Origin: Psilocybe cubensis | Lineage: Eukaryota | NCBI GenBank assembly: GCA_017499595.2 | Contig: CM039003.1 | Span: 1,674,001-1,738,000, forward strand | Direction: 5' to 3' | DNA: 64,000 bases | Notes under the pieces: generated by a model | The model's input: only the letters and a program-made list of their open reading frames with translations | Databases searched by the model: none | Told to the model about the DNA's origin: nothing | Made by a program: the position numbers and the translations under genes | Shown here: positions 42,264-52,728 of the stretch, one piece after another | Numbering within the stretch: the first letter of the stretch is position 1 | How the letters are laid out: each line of letters begins with the position of its first letter

Positions 42264-43797
42264 ATGTCTGATCTGGTTTGGCTCCCCAAAAACATCGAAC
42301 TTGCACCGCATTCCACAGCTCGCAACAAAGCCATTGCTAAACTAGATATCAAGGCAGGTGATTCCATCCTATCGACACCATCTTTCGCTTCTATTCTTCT
42401 CGAGAGTCAAAAGGGACGACGCTGCGACAATTGCTTTAGGCTACCTCCAGAAGGATGCCCGCCTTTGAAACGGTGTGCTGGATGCGGTTCTTATTGGTAC
42501 TGCGATGCCCAATGTATGATTAGGTTGTTTGGTGTCTGTGTCGTTGTTAATGCATGACTTGACAACAGGCCAAACAGTGCAATGGAAAAATCATCACAAA
42601 AAAATTTGCAAGACGTTCAATTCACATATATCTTCTCTTTCGTATCAAGCTCTTGTGGAGCATGAAAAGCAAGATTCGATCCTGCTCTCTCATGCAGTTG
42701 CTAGATTGTCAATGCTCCCCACCCCATATTCCATCGAACAATCAACCTTAGCTACTGTTTTCCTGTCTTTGCTACCTTGCCAGGACGAATCCATGGACAC
42801 TCTTTCAATATGCCCCATCAAACCACCACCTTCGGACCAACTTGTACGTAGGATGCATTCAAGATTCGGGAACAATAATTTTGCTATTCATTCTCATTTG
42901 ACGAGTATTGGTCATGGTATTTTTCCTGTGGCCAGTCGGCTCTTCAACCATTCCTGTAATCCTAACGCTGCCGCAAAATATACCTTATCCCCGACTCGGT
43001 CAATTGTTATGGAAATAGTGGCCCTCCGCAATATAGTTTCAGGAGATGAGGTACGTTGGAAAAATCGTCGGCTTTTCATTTCGTTTGTTTCTGAGGGAAT
43101 GCGCAGATTTGTCTTCCTTACCTTGATCCCGCATTATTACAGACGCGAGAACAAATATTGGAAATCAGTTATGGTTTCAAGTGCAACTGTTCTTCATGCT
43201 CGTTCCTTGGTCATATCGGCCCACTCGGGGAAATCCCTACGGATTCAAACGAACTTTCAACGTTAGAAAACCAGTTGCGTTCATTCGTGGCTTTTAACCC
43301 AATGTCCGATACCAGTTTGCCGGCCATAACAATGGAAGAATTGCCACCAGCTCTACACTGTTTTCTCCGTGAATCATATATGACTTCCTTATCCGAAAAA
43401 TTCAGCAACGCATCGCATGATGGTCAATTCGATGTCGCATTGGAAAGTGGTGCTACGCTTTTGGCGCTTTACATCGTTATCTATCCCACCAATTACCCCC
43501 AAATTGGTAAGATGTTACGGCATGTTTAGCTCGTTCAACAGCCTAACCAGACGAATTTTATCAACGTAAGGGATGCACCTTTTAGAAATGGCCAAAACGG
43601 CATGGAACGCCAGAATGACATGTAGTGAAGTAAATGACACTAATTATCAGGCACTGAAGATGCAAGTAGAAGTGTTCCTGACACTGGCGTCGCAAGTCCT
43701 CACGGTGTTTGGAGAAGAAGGGGACAAAATCGGCCCTTTGCAAGAAATAGCTCTTTTGCAAAATCTCCTCAAAGATGAGCGAGCGCCTTATTCTTGA
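42264..43797 (+). CDS. SET and MYND domain (SMYD-like) lysine methyltransferase
   Basis: MYND finger CDNC...CAGC...YCDAQCQ...HHKKIC, SET motif LFNHSCNPN, GDEICLPY, post-SET YGFKCNCSSC. Confidence 0.92.
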
Positions 43798-43950
43798 TAT
43801 TCGAGTCCGTTCAGATTAAGCTTCAACGAATGTATCTGTTACTCCGATTCTCTACGACTGAGTGAGTTGCATTATCCGTTTTATCGCCGATCTTGTCCAG
43901 TCATTCTATAGTCTTTCGCCCTCTACCCTGTATTGACGACGTATGGCTTT

Positions 43951-43979
43951 TGGTAGCACCACCTGGTAGCACCACCTGG
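43951..43979. repeat. 13-bp perfect tandem duplication (TGGTAGCACCACC x2 plus TGG)
   Basis: Read directly in the intergenic sequence. Confidence 0.9.
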
Positions 43980-44317
43980 ACTTGGATGATCAGCACTACA
44001 CCTTGAGCTTCATCCTTTGAAAGTTTGACCTCCGGTACGGGCGGCTAGCTCGGGACAGTATTTTTTTCGCATGTCAATACATTTTACCGACTTTACCATT
44101 TCTTTAATGATGCCGATGCGGCGAAAACCAAATACAGTCCTAACTGTTTGCGCCGACGCCAACAATTCGAGCGGCCGTTAGTGCAAAACCCACAACCACA
44201 GGTTACAATGACTTCTAGGTGCGGCGCTATGGAAGTCTTATATAACTGTTTACATACTAGCCTTCAAACTCAATGCCTGGCTAGCGTCAAGCTTTGCTTT
44301 GCCTCAGGACTTCCACC

Positions 44318-46179
44318 ATGCCGTCGTTTCGGATTCCTGCGTTTTTCCGCCCTCGTCACTCTTTTAATCGTTTACGCTCCTTTCACCTTTCGCCAGATCA
44401 GGTATCTGGGCTGGCGACCACACAAGCCCCAGTGGGTGGCACAATAACCCCGGAACTCAAACAGAACTCCAATGGAATAGTTGAAAAAATGCGTACAACT
44501 TCCATCAAGTCGAAGAGATCCATTGCCCTGGCTCCTCGCCCCTCCAACTTGTCGATACCTCTTCGTGGTAGTACCATCGTAAAGCTCGCCGTTGTGACGT
44601 CCTTATTCTTCATTATGTCCATTTCAATGGCTTTTCTTGGCGCCGACCAGGACGAACCTTTTTTCAAGCGCACCCTGAACGATGTGGCCACCAATTCTCC
44701 TGGGGTAAATCTCAGAACAACGCCCGATTCATTTTTTATCTTTAGTTTTCTAAGAAAATATTTATTTTCTAGGTGGTTCTCGTTGGCGAAAGCGTTGATG
44801 TCGACATCGATGAGCCGTCGATAACCATACGTTGGTCAATCGTAGCATGCGGTGAAGCCTTTATGCTTCCTGGCACTGCTGGTGCTCATGGAAGTGGTTC
44901 GTGCGGACTGCCCGCTTCTCCTATTCATTTCTTTGTGGATAGGTGAGGCTCTTCCAAATCACGCGATTGTTGTTACCTCCTCAGCTAATTGTCAATTCAT
45001 TCACTAGCGATATCGCGCCAACCGCTACATACGATCCAACTACAATACCATTTAATAAAGATACGGGCTTGCGCAGGAGGTAAGCTTCTGAATATTGCTT
45101 CTTCTAACGCGAGTAATACCACCGATCGCCGATGTATCAATCACAGTATCCAAAATCTTGTGCAATTTGATAGTGATCACGTCCTCGATGTACACGAAGC
45201 ACGCTTGTACCCTTTCGATAATTATGTGCTTTCAAGCACAATTCGCGCAGCTTCATTCGATAACCAAACCATCCCTATCCAAAAGATCGCCACCATCGAT
45301 GTTACATCTAGTTTTGATATCCTGACTATTGACGTCGAGAGTTTCTCAACGACTGGGAATGGCGCTCAACAAGTCAGCCGGGACATCGATATGCACGTCA
45401 GCCGACCAAACGGAGCCCGTTTCTTCACCCTGCTACTGTTCGCCATAAGCTGGTTGTTAACACACGTAACAATTGGACATGTTATGGTTGCTCGCAGGCT
45501 TTTTGGGATGAGAAATATACTTCCCCACCTCGTCTCGTCCGGTGCAATCCTGATTGCCATCCCTCAGCTGCGCAATAGTATGCCAGATGCTCCCGGACTA
45601 GATGGTGCGTAAAATTTTCACCTATTAGAAAGATATCCGGGCGCTGAATATCTCCACTGGCTTCGTCTGCAGGCGTCCTGATCGGTGGGTTCACATTTCA
45701 CACTACACTTCCAAATGAATGGCTATGTTTAACCCACGTTTTGTTTTTCCAATGCAGACTGTATCGGCTTCTTCCCTCAAATGATAATTGTCTCTATATC
45801 GACAATTATTTTGCTCCTTATTCTTGTTGTTCGTGAAATGGATAACATGTCACATCCTCCTCCTCGGCCAGCACCAGTGGTATTCCCTCCTAGACCACCA
45901 CCGACAGTGTTTCCCCCGATTCCTAGAAGTCCCTCAGTACAAACTCAATTTTCTCGTCCACCCCGGTCACCTACGGCGAATTCTTCTTCTAAGGAAATCT
46001 CTCAGTGGGAGATGCACCGAATGCTGAAACACCTGAAGGGCGAGTTTGTATTCCCACCCGTGAAACCCTCCCATCGCATCCAACCATCTGACAAGAGCAG
46101 TCCCTCACATCGGAGGATAAAGACTATGTCGAAGATCATGGAGGCTGGCGAAGTCTCCCACTGGTCCGAAGACGAATGA
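44318..46179 (+). CDS. DUF4436-like multi-pass membrane protein with Pro-loop ion-channel-like motifs
   Basis: Six spliceable exons. N-terminal TM, beta-rich ectodomain with LYPFDNY, three further TMs with LRNSMPDAPG-LDGVLID linker, Pro-rich tail. The family name is recalled from motifs, not searched. Confidence 0.7.
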
Positions 46180-46554
46180 GGACTATGTTTGGACACGGCG
46201 CGCAGTGTATTTCAATTGTACCAACACACTACATTCATCCCCACACTCCCTCACCCTCCCAGACCAAATTCCTGTTGTGCTTCTTGCCAAGATTACACCG
46301 CGACAACTTCTTGCGAGTTGCGACCTTTCCACGCCCACTTCCTTGGTCCATTGTGACTTTCTTCTTTCGTATTAATAGACCGTTCCGCGGGTAATGTTGA
46401 CATGTTTTTGACAGGGTTTTGACATTCCTTCGGTCGCTTGTTTGTAAAAATAAGCTAGGGCATATTAAATGCACACTTGTTGATTTCCCCTGATCTGTAT
46501 TATGTATATTTTTTTATTTCTATTTTACAATAAAAAATTACCGTAGGAAATAGT

Positions 46555-47649
46555 TCATTCCTCTCCAAACAATCGTTTCCTGGAGGCAATTGTCAGTGAG
46601 CGTTTTTCTCTAAAACCGAGACCATGCAAAGGGTAGCTCAGGGGGGAGAGAAAGAGTGCACAACTCACAGTCGGACCGGTGCTTCAGTGAAAAACGTGGT
46701 TCCTCCGACCATCTCACGCGTCCAGACATCGCGCAAAAACCATCCCACATGGCCTACAGCGCATCCGATAAGGTCGCCAGCTGCAGCTCTCCACGTTCCG
46801 TTAATGACCCAAGAAAAGGCGACAAGGGCAATGGGGAGATAGGGTGCTGTTATTGTAATCAAACCAAACAGAGAAATAGGCGTAGAAGGGTGTCGGCGAG
46901 ACCAGAGATATATCGGAACAAATGCCAGCGGTGATGACAGGAAGGGAAGATTGACCAGAGGAGACAGGGCCTAATGGTGACGAGATCATTAGAATGTGTA
47001 GCTTTTTTTGGGTTTGTTTGAATGGTGCGGGTGTGTGGATAGTATGGAAGCGGTCAAAGTAAATGAGCATTGCACTCACAAGAAGCATGAGTGCAGAGAG
47101 AAGGAGTAGCCAGAAATAATCTGCTTTCTTGTTCGCGAAAGAGGATTCCTCAAGCATTCGACTATATCGCATGCTATACGCAGACGGAGTCAGACGAAAT
47201 AAGGATATTTTGTCAGCGGCGACATTTCACCAAGTCATGAGACAAAGAAGCAGTGTCCTTGAGGCAATACTCACAAGAAAAACATATGAAATACAAAGTC
47301 TAAAGATATTGAACCAAAGTAGAAGAACGTTGTCGCGATTCTCCAAGGCTGCAATAGTGCCAGTAACTCGAGTCAGTTCTCACACGTTGTCCGCCACTGG
47401 TAAGAGCGTGAAACAAGCACACGCACCTGTGCATTAATGAATGCACTCCTGGGGCTGAAATACAGCTGCAAGGGAGTTACAAGCTGACATTGCTACGAAT
47501 TTCGAAATACTGGATGTCAGGTACGGGTCTATCTGGAATCCCAATCCAAAGCGACTGACCACTGCCAAACTGGTGAGAACCGAAAGAGCGATCCAGCCGC
47601 GGGTTATTGGGGGTATCTGGTGAATCCAAGCTTCAATTCCTACAGGCAT
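46555..47649 (-). CDS. DER1: Derlin (ERAD membrane protein)
   Basis: IPPITRGW, PWRIATTFFYFG, MRYSRMLEESSF, YIWSRRHP, APYLPIALVAF, DLIGCAVGHVGWFLRDVW. Confidence 0.93.
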
Positions 47650-47712
47650 GGTAACTTTCAAAAGAGTTCCAGTCAGAGTCAAGGGAGTCGAGTTCAGAGT
47701 TCACGCCCCTGA

Positions 47713-47790
47713 TGACGTGAACTGACACGTAACAATATTCACCACGTGATATCTGTCACCAACGCGCGGCCCTGTCACGTCAAAACGCGT
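47713..47790. promoter_or_regulatory. Cluster of ACGT-core bZIP/UPRE-like sites upstream of derlin
   Basis: TGACGTGA 47713-47720, TGACACGT 47723-47730, CCACGTGA 47742-47749, TCACGTCA 47775-47782, ACGCGT 47785-47790. These lie about 65-140 bp upstream of the DER1 ATG. Confidence 0.45.
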
Positions 47791-48340
47791 CCAAACGCGA
47801 ACTTTCAAGGCCGCGTATGCCGCATGGGCGGACAACCCAGTTCCAAGGTTATGGACTCTGTCTGAGCAATACGTACACCGATCAAATATATGCAGGAAAA
47901 TGCATTATCATTTTCTGATGAGCGAGCGTGGTATAACATAAAAAAGATATGCGCCACCCTGTACCAGTCATCTGTGATAGAAATCATTCGACTGAGGGTG
48001 ACAGAAAAGAACATATAAGGGAGAAAAATATATCCAGAGATAACCAGAACATAGATAAAGCATATAGATCGGCGACCGGCGCATGTTTAAACAAGGGGAC
48101 AGGGGCAGAATTACCAAAGTCCTTACTGTCCCATTTCTCAGTATATCGAACGACTGGCGTGTTGTCTCCGGATAACTGGAGACATCGACTGATATCCACA
48201 TCGCTTTCCTAGATACGAGCTTTTGCGATTGTCCCACAAGATCAAGGCCGATGAGAGTCAAAACCCAAATAACAATAATGAAAGGATTGAAGGAAATGTA
48301 ACCCAGAGATTTTAAAGTCACTGCTCCGCGATTGAAATTA

Positions 48341-50271
48341 TTATGTTGGAATTGCCTTGAAGCTCGACGGTGGCGGAGCGACTCTGCTCGGCCTGGGAGC
48401 GGCTTTCTTCGCTGCAGCTGCCAAAGCAGCCGCGTTCTCAGCCTCCTTCTTCGCCGCCCTAAGTGCCGCGCTTTTGTTGGTCCTTGGGGCGATGGAAGGA
48501 GCTGCGATACTACTTGGACGTGGCTTGGCTTTGGCTGGTGCTGCAGCTGCGGCGGGTTCTTCAGTAGAACCATCACCGTTGACTGCGCTCGAGGATCCAG
48601 CGGTCGCGGATCTCGATGGCGCCCTTTTTGGAGGTTGGGCAGTGGGCCGCGAAGCAACAGAAGACGCTCTAGGTACCGTATACCGTGACGTTGCAGGATT
48701 ATTGGACGCTTGAGATGCTGGTCGAGGGGCGGGTGGTGCCTTTGAAGGAGATGAAAGGGTTTGTGTTGAAGTCGCCCGAGACAAGGTGGGCGTTTTGGCT
48801 GCAGAACCAGCACGGACTGTGGTAGAAGTAACAAATATTGTTAATACGTCAGCATCATTGAAATTAAGGCGAAACATAAAAACGTACACATGAAAGAAGT
48901 AGGAGGGGTCTGCTCCTTCTGAGCTCTCAACGACGCGCTCTTATTCAACCTCGGAGCAACCGTAGGTGCTTTAATCGACGCAACAGCAATACTCTCTCTC
49001 CTCTTATGCCCAGGAACACCTTCAAACGTATTCGCCTTCGCTTGCTCATCCCCCGTCGACCTCTGCCTCGTCACCGGAGGCGGCAGGGGCTGCCCCAACC
49101 TCAACGACGCTGCCCTCGTCATCCGCGGCGCAATCGTCGGCGCAGCCGTAGACGCGACCTGAATCGTACTCGTGCGCTTATGCCCAGGCACATTTGCAAA
49201 CGTCTCCGCCTGCCTCTCCTTCGACACCGGCGCGCGCGGGCCCGTACTCGTAGGCTTCTCAACAGGCTGCCCCGCGCGCAGCGCCGCCGAGCGCGTCATG
49301 CGCGGCACGATGTCCGGCTTGTCGTGCGTCGCGGGCACCGCGCGCGCCTTGAACGGCACCTTCCCGTTCGCGTTGAGCCGCGGGCCGGTCCCGCCTGCAG
49401 TGGACGGGTTCGTAACGCTCGACGGGGCGTACCCCTCATCTTCGATGGTGAGCCCGCGGCGGATGGATTCGAGCAGCGCCGAGTCGTCGCTGCGCATAGA
49501 AGGGTACTGCTCGTGCTCCTCTGCGGGGAGGTCGGAGGTAGGGAAGGGCGGTGACGACGCGAAGAGGGAGAGGATTTGGATCTCTGCGGTCTGCGCGTCC
49601 GGGGAGCCCATGAGGCCGTTTTGCTGTGCGGAGATGCCGTACAGTGCGCGGAGGGAGTTGGGCGTCTCGCGCCGTGCGATTTCGACGTCTGGGTGGCCCA
49701 TGAGCGTGTTCCATACTTCTACCGCGCGGCGCCGCTCAAGTACGTATACCCACACTGGACCTCTGGTGTTATTAAAGTGCGGGAGAAGAAAAAGCAAGTA
49801 AAATAAAAATCAGCTTCGGGCTTTCATGTATGTAACGAGAGCAAAGCATCGTGAAACGAGGTATACTCACTCTGCCAGAGCGTCTGTATCGTCTCCAAAG
49901 AGGTCATACAACGTATCGGGGTCCGTCTCCGTGTCAAATTCCATCTGCCGTTCCTTTACAATCTAAATCAATTACAACAAAGTAAGCCTTCAACATTCCC
50001 AATGCACACTGGACAATCCAGTGCAACTCTTCCAAAAACTGACCTCGAAACTGGCTTCCTGGATCCGTCTCTCGATGTCAAACCGGTGCTTAAGCGCATG
50101 GGGCTTGATAATAGCCACGGTGCGTGTAAGAGGCGCCGTAGACGGCGTCGAGATCTTTACAGTCGCATCTGGTGTATTCGCACCATCCCCAAACACATCC
50201 GCGCCGTGTTCATGGTTCAGATAATCTGCATCATACTGCACGTCCGGGGTCTGCGATGGTGGAGTTGGCAT
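48341..50271 (-). CDS. Nucleoside diphosphate kinase-like domain protein (catalytic His absent) with long basic repeat tail
   Basis: TVAIIKPHA, GPVWVYVL, WNTLMG...PNSLRALYG. NGLMGS replaces NxxHGS. Repeats PR(M/L/T)(T/N)(R/K)xAxLR and TFxxVPGHKR. Confidence 0.85.
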
Positions 50272-51186
50272 TTAAACAAGGGTGTATATTGATCTCGTCA
50301 ATAGCAAGTAGAAGAGATCCTTTAACGAGTGAAAGGAGGGGAGTAAGCTCCTATTGTAGACCCGGGAGTTTAGCAAAGAGAACCTGGTAAAAGGGCGTCG
50401 TCGGCGATTAGTCAAAGGGAGGGCGCAGGTAAAGCTTGATGAAGCGGCGAGTGGGGAAGGGAAACGTAAAAGACAATGAGTGGCGGATACAAGCAAGCAA
50501 AGGAAAATGAAAGAAAAAAAGCAAAGCAAGAAACGGACAAGTGTGAGATTGAAGACAAGAGAGACGATGAATGTTTTTGATTTTGGCAGTCGCACTGCTG
50601 GACTCATCACATCCGCTTGACTGTAGCCCTCTAATGCTACCGGGTGCTGACGACGGACGGACCCCGCACACTCCAGACCCACTCAATTCCCTCACAGGGC
50701 CACACAGAGGTCCGCCAAAAATGAGCAATCTCTCTCGTAGAGGCAGGCGAGTATATAAAGCATAGTCGTGCAAGTAAAACGTTCGTCCTCTCGAGCACAA
50801 AAGCACTTCTTCATCTTAGATTCAAGAGGCGCGCTATCCTTACTTGGGGTCTTCTGTTGGCATAGCGACCCTCCAGGTTACCTATAGGCTATGACGCCGG
50901 GAGGTACCCGAACTTTAATTTTGAAAATCGAAGCGATAAAAAGGATGAAAAACACAGTGAAATGAGTGAGGTAGCGTAATAGGTACATTGCGGCAACTAT
51001 TCTGATAATACATGCAGTGGTATTTAAATAGATGATCTAAGTAGTAATATTGATATATATCCAATGTTTTAACAGATTAAATGGACTGGGCTCACAAGAC
51101 GATCCAAAACCAGAATCGATGAGTCCTTCAGTACCTAATGAGCAGTTGATCCATCCCAAACATAATAGCAGCACAAAAGAAACCTA

Positions 51187-52636
51187 TCACCCTCTCCACC
51201 ATTTACTCATCTTTGCCCCTCCGTATCGTATCGTTTTTCCCAGTCCAAGACTGATCACGCCTTTGATCGACTGGATCGTCGCTGGGCCCTTCACGATGTT
51301 GCTCACCTCTGCAAATAAATAAATAAATCAGCCATTGTCTTGTCTTAAACACAGAAAGACACTAACCGTCAGTGATCACTTTCGGTAGATTCTGATCACC
51401 AGCCAGATGAACCCAATACGCGCTCTCATCCGCCTCGAGCTCCGCATTCGTCTCCCCCTTCCTCGCATAGTTCTCCTTAACCCGCCTCAGCAAATTCGAC
51501 GGCAGCTTCCTCAAGTGGGCCGCACGCGCATGCGGCGCCAAATCCTGCTGAATCCTCGTCCCATCAACCGGCCAATGAACACCGGGTAGCCCGACGACCA
51601 GCCGATGATACAGCTCCTTGAACTGCGGACCCTGCTTGCGCACGATGTTGCCCACCTTGTTGCGGTTCTCGATGGGAAGCGCCATGCGCGGGTCGCCGCT
51701 GTAGCTGAAGCCCGTGATGCGCTCGAAGAGCTCGGTCTCGGAGAATTCCTCTGGGAGCGTCAAGAGGGCTGCCCGGACGGCCGAGGTCAGGTTGACCTGC
51801 TGCGTCAGCCGGACGCGTGCGTCGTCTTTGATGATCCGAAGGGGCTTGTGCATCCTGCCGGCCACATATAAACTCTGCCAATTGAGCAGATCGGAGCATA
51901 AAGTATCCACAGTAGTAACCCCATACTTGATAGTCTAAGCAAGGCAAGAGAAAAAAAATCAGTCAGAATGTTCTATTGTCAGTCTGAGACCCAAGTAAAA
52001 TGGGAGAAACAAACGTACGACACCGTTCATGGGCACGTATGCGTTGAACCAGACGCCCGGTCCAGCTTCCTGTACGCGCGAGACATATGACGAGCCGAGC
52101 AAACGAGCATGCAAGGGATAGTGATTGGGATGCTGGTGCATATTGATCGAGTGGAAATGGGCCGGATGTGTGACCGCGAAGATAAAGTCAAGCATGGGTG
52201 CATTCGGGTCGATTTCTGTCTTTCCCTGTGCAATTGAGGTGAGCTGGGACGGTACGGTGTAACCGTCCTGTTCAAAGACACCAGAGCCATAGGCGAATGC
52301 ATAGCGTATGGGAGCGTCAAAGCCCGCTACGATGGATTCCAGCAGCGCACGGGTGGAGTTGGAAACAGGCAGAAGCTGGTTCTTGCCAAAGGATGCGGGT
52401 AGCTTGGGCAGGGGAGTGTGGCGATGTGACACGGCTGGTCTTGGTCGCGGATATAGTCGCGGTTTCGTGGTGTTTGCTTTGTGCGGAAGCGGTGGAAGGT
52501 CGGTGGTCGTCGTCGTCGTCGTCGTGGAGGACGAGGACGATGTGTGAGTCTCTGTAGCATAGGAACGAACGACGGTGAGTCTGAGGCAGACTTGTTTGGA
52601 GACATTGCTACGGACAGAAGGTAATAAAGATGACAT
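51187..52636 (-). CDS. TAM41: Mitochondrial phosphatidate cytidylyltransferase Tam41
   Basis: YAFAYGSGVFEQ, MLDFIFAV, IKYGV, DLLNWQSLYVAGRMHKP, SYSGDPRM, QSIKGVISLG. Confidence 0.95.
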
Positions 52637-52728
52637 GGTGGTTCGCAGCAAAGAAAGAGTGGACAGTGACACAAAACTAAAGTTCAGCACGTGCTTTGCG
52701 AATAAATACAGAATATTAAATGATTTCT

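Noticed and set aside
36802-46179. Secondary-metabolite gene cluster around the NRPS-like gene
   Set aside because: The neighbours are RAD50, an SMYD methyltransferase, a DUF4436-like protein and derlin. No P450, transporter, carrier protein or pathway regulator is adjacent.
52500-52545. (GTC)n / (GAG GAC) triplet run
   Set aside because: It simply encodes a poly-Ser/Thr linker after the Tam41 presequence.
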